This document shows positions 37,117 to 50,600 of a stretch of DNA of 64,000 bases, in pieces. Below the pieces are notes generated by a model. It ran no database searches, was not told where the DNA came from, and worked only from the letters and a program-made list of their open reading frames with translations. The position numbers and the translations under genes are program-made. Within the stretch, counting starts at the first letter, position 1; each line of letters opens with the position of its first letter. Source of the stretch: Bugula neritina (lineage: Eukaryota; Animalia; Bryozoa); the NCBI GenBank assembly GCA_964035545.1, contig OZ037765.1, forward strand, positions 15,438,995-15,502,994. The letters are read 5' to 3'.

Positions 37117-40100
37117 AACATACTGCAACATACTGAAATATACTGCAACATACTGAAATATATTGCAACATACTGCAACATACTGAAATACACTGTAACA
37201 TATTGAAATACACTGCAAGGCTTTGGAAAAAACTGCGACATACCTTAATATACGGTTATATAGTGAAATATACCGTCACACATTGAAAAACACTGCAACA
37301 TACTAAAATACACTGCAACATACCTAAATATACGGTAATGTACTAAAAAATACTGCCACACAACGAAATTTACTGCACCATACTGAAATATGCTGTAGCA
37401 CACTGAAATACACTGCAATTCACTGAAATATAGTGTAATATACAGAAATGTACTGTAACATACTAAAATATACTGTAACACACTAAAATATACTGCAACA
37501 TACTAAAATACACTGTAACATACTGAAACATACTGCAACATACTGATATAGACTGCAACATACTGAAATACACTGTATCATACTGAAATATACTGCAACA
37601 TACGACAACATACTGAAATACACTGTAACATACTGAAATACACTGCAACATACTGAAATACACTGTAACATACCACAACTTATTGAAATACACTGCACCA
37701 CATTGGAATTTACTGCAACATACCGAAATATACTGCAACATACCGAAATATATGGTAAACTACTGAAATATACTGTAACACATTGAAACATGCCGCAACA
37801 TACTGAAATACTGCAACACACTGAAATGTACTGTAATATACAGAAATGTACTGTAAAATACTGACACATACGACAACATTCCGAAATATACTGCAACATA
37901 TTGATTTACACTGCAACATACTGGAATATACTTCAACATACTGAAAGATACATAAAAATATTGAAATATACTGAAATACACTGTAAGATATTGAAATACA
38001 CTGCAACACATTGGAATATACTGCAACATACCGAAACATATGGTAACCTACTGAAATATGTTGCAAACTACTGAAATATACTGCCACATACTGCAACATA
38101 ATGAAATATACTGTAACAGACTGAAAAATACTGCAAAATACTGAAATATACGGTAACATACTGAAACAAATTGCAACATACTGAAATCTACCGCAACTCA
38201 CTGAAACATACGGCAACTTACTGAAACATACTGCGACACATTGAAATATACTGCAACATACTGAAAGAAAATGCAAGATACTGCAACATACTGAAATACA
38301 CTGTGACATACTGAAATAAACTGCAAGACACTGAAACATACGGCAACAAACTGAAATATACTGCGACACATTGAATTGCACTGCAACACATTGAAATATA
38401 CTGCAACTCACTGAAATATGCTGTAGCATACTGAAACACATCGCAACACACTGAAGTATACTGTAAAATACAGAAATGTACTGTAATATACTGAAACATA
38501 CGTCAACATACCGAAATCTGCAACATGCTGAAAAATATTGCAACATACTGAAGTACCATGTAACGTACTCAATTACACTGCAACATACTGCAACATACTG
38601 AAAGACGCTGTAACATATTGAAAAACACTACAACACATTGAAAGATACTGCAACATACGGAAACATACAGCAACATACTGAAATATACTGCAACACATTG
38701 AAATATACTGCATCACACTGAAATATGCTGTAGCATACTGAAATACACTGCAACACACTGAAGTACACTGTAGTATACAAAACTGTACTGTAAAATACTG
38801 AAACATATGACAAACCTACGGAACTATACTGCAACATACTGAGTTACACTGCAACATACTGAAATATACTTCAACATAGCTAAATATACGGTAATATACT
38901 GAAAAGTACTGCCACAAATTGAAACATACTGCACCATACTGAAATATACTGTAACATATTGAAATACACTGCAACACATTGAAATATACCGCAACATACC
39001 GAAATATATGGTAATCTACAGAAATATGTTGCAAACCACTGAAACATAGTGCAACATACTGCAACAAATTGAAATGTACTGTAACACACTGAATTATACT
39101 GCAAAATACTGAAATATACTGTAACATACTGAAACATACTGCAACATACTGAAATATACTGCAACATACTGAAATATATTGCAACATACTGCAACATACT
39201 GAAATACACTGTAACATACTGAAATACACTGCAAAGCTTTGGAAAAAACTGCAACATACCTTAATATACGTTTATATAGTGAAATATACCGTCACACATT
39301 GAAAAACACTGCAACATACTAAAATACACTGCAACATACCTAAATATACGGTAATATACTAAAAAATACTGCCACACAACGAAATTTACTGCACCATACT
39401 GAAATATGCTGTAGCACACTGAAATACACTGCAATTCACTGAAATATAGTGTAATATACAGAAATGTACTGTAACATACTAAAATATACTGTAACACACT
39501 AAAATATACTGTAACACACTAAAATATACTGCAACATACTAAAATACACTGTAACATACTGAAACATACTGCAACATACTTCAACATACTTAAATACACT
39601 GCAACGTACTGATATAGACTGCAACATACTGAAATACACTGTATCATACTGAAATATACTGCAACATACGACAACATACTGAAATACACTGTAACATACT
39701 GAAATACACTGCAACATACTGAAATACACTGTAACATACCACAACTTATTGAAATACACTGCACCACATTGGAATTTACTGCAACATACCAAAATATACT
39801 GCAACATACTGCAACATAATGAAATATACTGTAACACACTGAAAGACACTGCAACATACTGAAATATACTGCAAGATACTGCAACATACCGAAATTTACT
39901 GGAACATACTGAAATACACTGCAACATACTGCAACATACTGCAACATACTGAAATACACTGTACCATATTGAAATACACTGCAACACATTGAAATATACT
40001 GCAACACACTGAAACATACGGCAACATACTGTAATATACTGCGAGACATTGAAATATACTGCAACATACCGAAATATATGGTAACCTCTTGAAATATGTT

Positions 40101-40784
40101 GCAAACCACTGAAACATACTGCAACATACTGCAACAAAATGAAATATACAGTAACACACTGAATTATACTGCAACATAATTCAATATGCTGTAGCATACT
40201 GAAACACACTGCAACACACTTGAGTATAATGTAATATACAGAAATGTACTGTAACATACTGAAACATACGTCAACATACTGAAATGTACTGCAATATGCT
40301 GATTTACACTGCAACATACTGCAACAAACTGAAATACGCTGCAACATAATGAAATACACTGCAACACATTGAAATATACTGCAACATACCAAAATATATG
40401 GTAACCTCTTGAAATATGTTGCAAACCACTGAAACATACTGCAACATACTGCAACAAAATGAAATATACTGTAACACACTGAATTATACTGCAACATAAT
40501 TCAATATGCTGTAGCATACTGATACACACTGCAACACACTTGAGTATAATGTAATATACAGAAATGTACTGTAACATACTGAAACATACGTCAACATACT
40601 GAAATGTACTGCAACATGCTGATTTACACTGCAACATACTGCAACAAACTGAAATACGCTGCAACATAATGAAATACACTGCAACACATTGAAATATACT
40701 GCAACATACCAAAATATATGGTAACCTACTGCAATATGTTGCAAACCACTGAAACAAACTGCAACATACTGCAACAAAATGAAA
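37117..40784. repeat. Satellite B, segment 2
   Basis: Same 10-bp units; includes a 320-bp tandem duplication (GTAACCTCTTGAAATATGTT at 40081 and 40401). Confidence 0.98.
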
Positions 40785-41860
40785 CACAGTTAGTTTAAGG
40801 TCATTACTTTCCAGATTCAAGCACTGCTTTATGTTATATATAAACGGTTTCCAGGGGATAGCTCGAACAGTTTTTGTCTCACATTAACAAATTTTACATG
40901 AAAAGATAGCTCTTGCATTCCTCTTTCATATACTTTTTTTAATTTTTCAATAAAAAATTTTCTGAGAAAGTTGTTGCATAATAAGTAAAATTTTACACCC
41001 TCCATGTTCCACTGCTGTAGCACAGGGGATTCATTTTATAAAGTCTAAAAGTAAAACTTGACATTCCTTGATATGTTTTCTCTAATATACTTTCTTTGTT
41101 TTTTGAAATTCTGTTTATGCTCTTCACAATTTGGTAAAAACATACACCATTTTGCAAGTTTCACTGCAATTTTCTAAATTCTTCATATGGTGGTTCTAGC
41201 TACGCTCCTGTGACTATAATTATAACATTCCTAGTACGTTTGCAGCTCTGCGCTATCACAATAACATATAGTACCCTCTCGCACAAATTGGCAATCTATC
41301 GGATTTCTGCCAAGATAATGTTCCCTGTTTTACATTAGCACTTAGCTGAATCATCTCACTATGTTACAATAATATATTGAAAATGTCTCAGCACAACATA
41401 ATTCTTTGTTTGTTTGGCAGAGTTAATTTCAGCTAAATCACTTCACTTTGCAGTCTTGTCAGTAAAGGTCTGTCTATAGCTCAGCAGGTGTACTTTCAGT
41501 TTCTCTAATTCACATATGATTATTTTAAGTACATTGTATTCTATAAGATCAATTTAAGGTTTAGTCCAGCGTTCAGTATCTAATTATTATGCATGTATGT
41601 TGTCTTACTGTTGAACAAAAGTTAAAAAAAAAACTTTACACTTATAGCCATATTTATTATACATGCGTAGAATTTGCATAAATTGACAAAAAAAAATTGC
41701 AACAAAGCAGGGTTTAACCATGACCAACCAACTCGTCGCTGACGCCTCTAACCTCTGGACCACGCAGTTATTGTTCAAAAGAAGCTCACTATATGAGTGA
41801 CTATCATTACATAAATATTTCGCTCGCAAATGGGTTATAATTATGGTGACTAGTCAATAT

Positions 41861-42010
41861 TCCGAAGGCCCATTAGTCCGAAGGCCCATTAGTCCGAAGG
41901 CCCATTAGTCCGAAGGCCCATTAGTCCGAAGGCCCATTAGTCCGAAGGCCCATTAGTCCGAAGGCCCATTAGTCCGAAGGTCCATTAGTCCGAAGGTCCA
42001 TTAGTCCGAA
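41861..42010 (+). repeat. 16-bp tandem repeat TCCGAAGG(C/T)CCATTAG x9 plus partial, in left foldback arm (inverted x2 plus partial at ~43086-43123)
   Basis: Directly counted: 7 units with C, 2 with T, then TCCGAA. Confidence 0.97.
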
Positions 42011-42020
42011 AATTAGTAGA

Positions 42021-42606
42021 CACATGATAGTAAAGAGCATCCTCACTGAGAATATCATTGATTTCACTCACAATCTAGTTTAAGTTCTTGCTCTGTTAAT
42101 GCTGTATGTGGGTGGCATGCGTGTTGCCTGCTTGCGATTGTTTAGCCTGAGATTACACTATGACTAGAAAACAGCTGCCACAATTAGGGCTGCATCATCT
42201 ATCAACATTCCATTATAGCTGCTTTATAAACAAAGTACACAGCAAGCTATTCACTAGCCTGTCAGCTAGCAAGCCTGTAATTAGTATGTACACATCAGTA
42301 TCTTCTCATCTCTAAGTGTTCACTGAAGCATGAAGTGCTGCGCAATGATGATAACTTAGGAAAAAAAAAATCATATTTGCAGTGTATAAATAACTTATAT
42401 TTTATAGAAAATCTATAAAAGCTATTGGAAATTTCAAAAAAGTTGCTTTGAGGAACAGAAAGATCTACAACATGGTTTTTAAATTTCGATTCTATAGCAC
42501 AATTAGGGGAGGTTTTATTTGGCTGGACTGAATTCTTATATACCAATAGTGTGGCCCCAGCCAGGCAGTTACAGCTAGAAGGTTGCCCTTATCTACATAT
42601 CTTGTG
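42021..42606 (-). mobile_element. Diverged, shorter relative of the 20722-21476 MITE, inserted inside the foldback, TSD GA
   Basis: Starts CACATGATAGTAAAGAGCATCCT, ends AAGGTTGCCCTTATCTACATATCTTGTG; aligns by eye in reverse orientation to both ends of the 755-bp MITE; GA at 42019-42020 and 42607-42608. Confidence 0.85.
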
Positions 42607-42728
42607 GATTTGTTTGGTTTGGTATATTATGGTGTGTAGCTGACTGACTGTAGCTAGAATAGAATTGCAGTCCTCTGTCATTTTTACACTAGCTGTAAAA
42701 TAAGTAATACTAATTAAATGCCAGTAAA

Positions 42729-43075
42729 TTTTTTTCCTAAGTTATCATCATTTCGCAGCACTTCATGCTTCAGTGAACACTTAGAGATGAGAAGATACTG
42801 ATGTGTACATACTAATTACAGGCTTGCTAGCTGACAGGCTAGTGAATAGCTTGCTGTGTACTTTGTTTATAAAGCAGCCATAATGGAATGTTGATAAATG
42901 ATGCAGCCCTAATTGTGGCAGCTGTTTTCTAGTCATAGTGTAATCTCAGGCTAAACAATCGCAAGCAGGCAACACGCATGCCACCCACATACAGCATTAA
43001 CAGAGCAAGAACTTAAACTAGATTGTGAGTGAAATCAATGATATTCTCAGTGAGGATGCTCTTTACTATCATGTG
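42729..43075 (+). repeat. Inverted, truncated mirror copy of 42021-42367 forming the inner part of the right foldback arm
   Basis: Reverse complement of the left arm with about 3 mismatches seen in ~350 bp; ends ...TACTATCATGTG|TCTACTAATT, mirroring AATTAGTAGA|CACATGATAGTA. Confidence 0.93.
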
Positions 43076-44639
43076 TCTACTAATTTTCGGACTAATGGAC
43101 CTTCGGACTAATGGGCCTTCGGAATATTGCTCCGTCCCCATAATTATTAGGCTGTCAATTTATGTTGATAGCAGTCAACTGTTGCAATAGTCTCGGGTTG
43201 CTAGCAAAGCTAATGGTTTTGAACAAATAACCCAAAAGTTTAAAAATAAGTAGCTTGCGTATTACTAGCTACAAAAATAGGTCTGAAATAGACTGGTAAA
43301 GCAAGCTCTTATTGTAGAGTTTGCAGATGTGCTCTAAAATAAAACTTAAACTGTATGCTATTACATAAGTATTTGTATGCGAGAGATAAATGGACATTAC
43401 TGAGTTTCTGGAAAACAACATACTTGAAGTTAACTTTGACAATGGTGTGTTATTTTCATCATAGCTAGCCTATAGCATAAATCTCTAATCATATGAATCT
43501 TTATGAAGCCCACAGCTCATGTAAGGGTGGCAATGTAATTTGAAATGAACAATTATGTTGCTGCATTGTGTCTAAGGTATATTAGAGAGCAGAATTTGGT
43601 TTTAATAGCCTACCCCAACGGCATTCTACAATGCAGCTTATATGCTGGCAGTTGTAATAAGTACTGCCAGTAGCAATAAGGTTACTATCACTGCTAGCTC
43701 TTGAATAATTGCGCCAATTTTAAACTCTTGGAAGTTGGCCAAGTTATCATATCGCAGCCAGCCACCGGAGACAAAGCATCAGAGCTATTCATATAATATT
43801 ATACTGACGCACTTGGTAGCAGAGTGGCTAATCTAATATAGTTCATAGTTCAACACCCTTTACTTTGGGAATACAGCCTCTTTTTTAGGTTTACCTTACA
43901 AAGCATGAAAATATCTAAACTGATATTCTGATAAATTAGAGGTACATTTTGGAAACTAGGTTAATTGCACTTGTTTGCACAACAACAATAATAAAATAGA
44001 TATTATGCAGTATAATAAAAACACACATAATACTATATAATATATTATAATGATAATAATATAATATTATAAGTACCATTACTGCATTTTATAAATCACA
44101 TGGTTGCCAAAAAAATGTATCACAAATTTTGTAATTATACATCAAAAATAGAACTAGCTAGGCAGCAGGTTAGAATAGAGTAAATTTTTAAAACATGAAA
44201 TCATGATTTGACTATTGTTTTATTTAGGCCAACCAACCTAGGAATACAAGATTGGGTTTTAGCTGACAGTTTATAACATTTAGCTTTTGAGCCAGCAGCA
44301 CTGGCACTTGTGAAGTATAGGCAAAGTTAGTGAAGCGAGACTAACGAGCACTCAAATACAAGGCATATTGAGACACAATAACAAGTCAGGAGCGTATAAA
44401 TTGAAAAGAATGTGGAAGGGGGACTATGTTTTTCAACAAGCTATAACTTAAACATGAATTGGCTTTTGAAAAAAATAAAAAAGTATATTGGAGAACATAA
44501 ATTTCTTTATCTTTTTATATTTTTTTTGTTCCTGTGACATTCAACCTGTTCGAGCTATCAGTGGAACATTGTTCATATAGAACATAAAGCACCTGGCAAA
44601 GAGCCAGAAAATGAAAAGTATGACCTTAAACCAACTGTG

Positions 44640-47600
44640 AATATACTGTAACACACTGAATTATACTGCAAAATACTGAATTATACTGTAAAACTTTGAA
44701 AACTACTGCAACATACTAAAACATGCTGAAATATACTGCAACGTATTGCAAAATACTGAAATACACTGTCACATACTGAAATACACTGCAACATACTACA
44801 ACATACTGAAATTTACTGTAACAGATTGAAATACACTGCAGTACATTGAAAGATACTGCAACATACCAAAATATACTGCAACATACCCAAATATGCTGTA
44901 GCACACTGAAATACACTGCAACACACTGAAGTAAACTGCAACACACTACAACAAATTGAAGTATACTGTAACACATTGAAAGATACTGCAACATACTGAA
45001 ACATACTGCAACATACTGAAATACACTGTAACAAATTGAAATACACTGCAACACATTGAATTATGCTGCTACACACTGAAACATACGGCAACATACTGAA
45101 ATATACTGCGAGAGATTGAAAAATACTGCAACATAGTGAAATATGCTGTAGCATACTGAAACACACTGCAACACACTTGAGTATAATGTAATATACAGAA
45201 ATGTACTGTAACATACTGAAACATACGTCAACATACTGAAATGTACTGCAATATGCTGATTTACACTGCAACATACTGCAACAAACTGAAATACGCTGCA
45301 ACATAATGAAATACACTGCAACACATTGAAATATACTGCAACATACCAAAATATATGGTAACCTACTGAATTATGTTGCGAACCACTGAAGCAAACTGCA
45401 ACATACTGCAACAAAATGAAATATACTGTAACACACTGAATTATACTGTAAAACACTGAAATATACTGTAACATACTGCAACATACAGAAATACAGTGTA
45501 ACATACTGAAATACACTGCAACACAATGGAATAAACTGCAACAAACCTAAATATACGGTTATATAGTGAAATATACCGTAACAAATTGAAAAACACTGCA
45601 ACATACTGAAAAACACTGCAACATACCTAAATATACGGTAATATACTGAAAAGTACTGCCACAAATTGAAACATACTGCACCATACTGAAACATACTGTA
45701 GCACACTGAAATACACTGCAATTCACTGAAATGTAGTGTAATATACGGAAATGTACTGTAACATACTGAAATATACTGTAACACACTAAAATATACGGCA
45801 ACATACTGAAATATATGGTAACCTACTTAATTATGTTGCGAACCACTGAAGCATACTGCAACATACTGCAACTAAATGAAATATACTGTAACACACTGAA
45901 TTATACTGCAAAATACTGAAATATACTGTAACATACTGAAACATACTGCAACATAGTGAAATATACTGCAACATACTGAAATATACTGCAACATACTGCA
46001 ACTTACTGAAATACAGTGTAACATACTGAAATACACTGCAACACAATGAAATAAACTGCAACGAACCTAAATATATGGTTATATAGTGAAATATACCGTA
46101 ACAAATTGAAAAACACTGCAACATACTGAAATACACTGCAACATACCTAAATATACGGTAATATACTGAAAAGTACTGCCACAAATTGAAATATACTGCA
46201 CCATACTGAAATATACTATAGCACACTGAAATACACTGCAATTCACTGAAATGTTGTGTAATATACGGAAATGTACTGTAACATACTGAAAAATACTGTA
46301 ACACACTAAAATATACTGCAACATACTGAAATACACTGTAACATACTGAAATATACTGCAACATACTGAAATACACTGTAACATACTGAAATACACTACA
46401 ACATACTGGAATACACTGCAACATACTGAAACACACTGTAACATACCGAAATATACTGCAACATACCGAAAGATATGGTAAACTACTGAAATGTACTGTA
46501 ACACACTGAATTATACTGTAAAATACTGAAATATACTGTAACATACTACAACATACTGAAATACAGTGTAACATACTACAACATACTGAAATTTACTGTA
46601 ACAGATTGAAATACACTGCAATACATTGAAAGATACTGCAACATACCAAAATATACTGCAACATACCAAAATATGCTGTAGCACACTGAAATACACCGCA
46701 ACTCACTGAAGTATAGTGAAATACATGCAAATGTAGTGTAACATACTGAAATATACTGTAACACACTGAAATCTACTGCAACAGACTAAAATACACTGTA
46801 ACATACTGAAATACACTGCAACACATTAGAATAAACTGCAACATACCTAAATATACAATAATATACTGAAATATACTGTAACACATTGCAAAACACTGCA
46901 ACATACTGAAATATGCTGTAGTACACTGAAATACACTGCAACTCACTGAAGTATAGTGTAATATACGGAAATGTACTGTAACATACTGAAATAAACTCTA
47001 ACACCCTGAAATATACTGTAACATACTGAAATACACTGTAACATACTGAAATATACTGCAACAAACTGCGACATACTGAAATAGACTGAAATATACTGCG
47101 AGACATTGAAGCATACTGCAACATAGTGAAATATGCTGTAGCATGCTGAAATACACTGCAACACAGTGGAGTAAACTGTAATATACAGAAATGTACTGTA
47201 ACATACTGAAACATTTGTCAACATACTGAAATATACTGTAACACATTGCAAAACACTGCAACATACTGAAATATGCTGTAGTACACTGAACTACACTGCA
47301 ACTCACTGAAGTATAGTGTAATATACGGAAATGTACTGTAACATACTGAAATAAACTGTAACACCCTGAAATATACTGTAACATACTGAAATACACTGTA
47401 ACATACTGAAATATACTGCAACAAACTGCGACATACTGAAATAGACTGAAATATACTCCGAGACATTGAAGCATACTGCAACATAGTGAAATATGCTGTA
47501 GCATGCTGAAATACACTGCAACACAGTGGAGTATACTGTAAAATACAGAAATGTACTGTAATATACTGAAACATACGTCAACATACCGAAATCTGCAACA

Positions 47601-50600
47601 TGCTGAAAAATATTGCAACATACTGAAGTACCATGTAACATACTCAATTACACTGCAACATACTGCAACATACTGAAAGACGCTGTAACATATTGAAAAA
47701 CATTACAACACATTGAAAGATACTGCAACATACGGAAACATACAGCAACATACTGAAATATACTGCAACACATTGAAATATACTGCATCACACTGAAATA
47801 TGCTGTAGCATACTGAAATACACTGCAACACACTGAAGTACACTGTAGTATACAGAACTGTACTGTAAAATACTCAAACATATGACAAACCTACGGAACT
47901 ATACTGCAACATACTGAGTTACACTGCAACATACTGAAATATACTTCAACATACCTAAATATACGGTAATATACTGAAAAGTACTGCCACAAATTGAAAC
48001 ATACTGCACCATACTGAAATATACTGTAGCACACTGAATTACACTGCAACATACTGAGTTACGCTGTAACATTTTGAAATACACCGCAACACATTGAAAT
48101 ATACTGCAACATACTGAAATATATGGTAACCTACTGAAATATGTTGCAAACCACTGAAACATACTGCAACATACTGCAACAAAATGAAATGTACTGTAAC
48201 ACACTGAATTATACTGCAAAATACTGAAATATACTGTAACACTTTGAAAAACACTGCAACATACTGAAATATGCTGTAGCACACTAAAATACACTGCAAC
48301 TCACTGAAGTATAGTGTAATATAAGGAAAAATGTAGTGTAACATACTGAATTATACTGTAACGCACTGAAATATACTGCAACATACTGAAATACACTGTA
48401 ACATACTGAAATATACTGTAACACATTGCAAAATACTGAAATACACTGTGGCATACCGAAATACACTGCAACATACTGAAATACACTGTAACATACTACA
48501 ACATATTGAATTACACTGCAACACATTGAAATATACTGCAACGCTGAAGTGTACTGTAATATGCAAAAATTTACTGTAAAATACTGAAACATACGACAAC
48601 ATACTGTAATATACTGCGAGACATTGAAATATACTGCAGCATACCGAAATATATGGTAACCTCTTGAAATATGTTGCAAACCACTGAAACATACTGCAAC
48701 ATACTGCAACAAAATGAAATATACTGTAACACACTGAATTATACTGCAACATAATTCAATATGCTGTAGCATACTGATACACACTGCAACACACTTGAGT
48801 ATAATGTAATATACAGAAATGTACTGTAACATACTGAAACATACGTCAACATACTGAAATGTACTGCAACATGCTGATTTACACTGCAACATACTGCAAC
48901 AAACTGAAATACGCTGCAACATAATGAAATACACTGCAACACATTTAAATATACTGCAACATACCAAAATATATGGTAACCTACTGCAATATGTTGCAAA
49001 CCACTGAAACAAACTGCAACATACTGCAACAAAATGAAATATACTGTAACACACTGAATTATACTGCAAAATACTGAATTATACTGTAAAACTTTGAAAA
49101 CTACTGCAACATACTAAAACATGCTGAAATATACTGCAACGTATTGCAAAATACTGAAATACACTGTCACATACTGAAATACACTGCAACATACTACAAC
49201 ATACTGAAATTTACTGTAACAGATTGAAATACACTGCAGTACATTGAAAGATACTGCAACATACCAAAATATACTGCAACATACCCAAATATGCTGTAGC
49301 ACACTGAAATACACTGCAACACACTGAAGTATACTGCAACACACTACAACAAATTGAAGTATACTGTAACAGATTGAAAGATACTGCAACATACTGAAAC
49401 ATACTGCAACATACTGAAATACACTGTAACAAATTGAAATACACTGCAACACATTGAATTATGCTGCTACACACTGAAACATACGGCAGCATACTGAAAT
49501 ATACTGCGAGAGATTGAAAAATACTGCAACATAGTGAAATATGCTGTAGCATACTGAAATACACTGTAACACACTAGAGTATACTGTAAAATACAGAAAT
49601 GTACTGTAACATACTGAAACATACATCAACATACTCAAATGTACAGCAAAATGCTGAATTACACTGCAACATACTGCAACATACTGAAATACGCTATAAC
49701 ATATTGAAATACACCGCAACACATTGAAATATACTGCAACATACCGAAATATATGGTAACCTACCGAATATGTTGCAAACCACTGAAACATACTGCAACA
49801 TACTGCAACAAAATGAAATATACTGTAACACAATGAATTATACTGCAAAATACTAAAATATACTGTAACATACTAAAACATACTGCAACATAGTGAAATA
49901 TACTGCAACATATCCAATTATATCGTAATAGACGGACATGTACTGTAACATACTGAAACATACTGAAACACACTGAAACATACTGAAATATACTGGAACA
50001 TACCGAAACATACTGCAACATAATGAAATATACTGTCACACGCTGAAATATACATCAAAATACTGAATTATGTTGTAACATACTTAAACATACTGCAACA
50101 TACTGAAATATACCTAAAAATATTGAAACATACTGAAACACACTGCAGGGTATTGAAATACACTGCAACACATTAAAATATACTGCAACATACTGAAACA
50201 TACGACAACATACTGAAATATACTGCAACACATTGAGATATAGTGCAACATACTAAAATATGCTGTAGCATACTGAAATACACTGCAACACACTGAAGTA
50301 TACTGTATTATACAGAAATGTACAGTAACATACTGAAACATACGGCAACATACTCAAATATACTGCAACATACTTAAATATACCACAACAAAACAAAATA
50401 TATGGTAACATACTGAAATAGGTTGGAAACTAGTAAAACATACTGCAACATATCGAAAAATACTGCAAATGTGCAACATAATGAAATAAACTGCAAAACA
50501 ACTAAAATGTACTGCAACAACTTAAAAGTTAGTGTATGATACATAAATATACTGAAACATACTGAAACATGCTGCAACATACTTAAATATACATCAACAT

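Larger units (their letters stand above)
41845..43139. mobile_element. Foldback-type element (Mutator/MULE-like by structure), 1295 bp, 8-bp TSD ATAATTAT
   Basis: TSD at 41837-41844 and 43140-43147, single in copies 1 and 2; GG...CC termini; long inverted arms 41845-42367 / 42729-43139 with subterminal 16-bp tandem repeats; ~360-bp loop; no transposase. Confidence 0.92.
40785..44639 (+). mobile_element. Non-autonomous TIR DNA transposon, copy 3, TSD AA, interrupted by a foldback element
   Basis: Same TIRs as copy 2. Flanks AAAATGAAA|element|AATATACTG versus empty site AAAATGAAATATACTG at ~49031-49046; colinear with copy 2 apart from the 41845-43139 insertion. Confidence 0.96.

Noticed and set aside
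41861-42010. Regular short repeats suggestive of a CRISPR array
   Set aside because: Head-to-tail 16-mers without spacers, no cas genes, and mirrored in the opposite arm of a foldback element.
22348-42546. Short ORFs inside the transposons (22348-22551, 35336-35590, 40829-41023, 41605-41829, 42295-42546)
   Set aside because: Under 90 aa, not preserved as ORFs between the three homologous copies, no recognisable domain.
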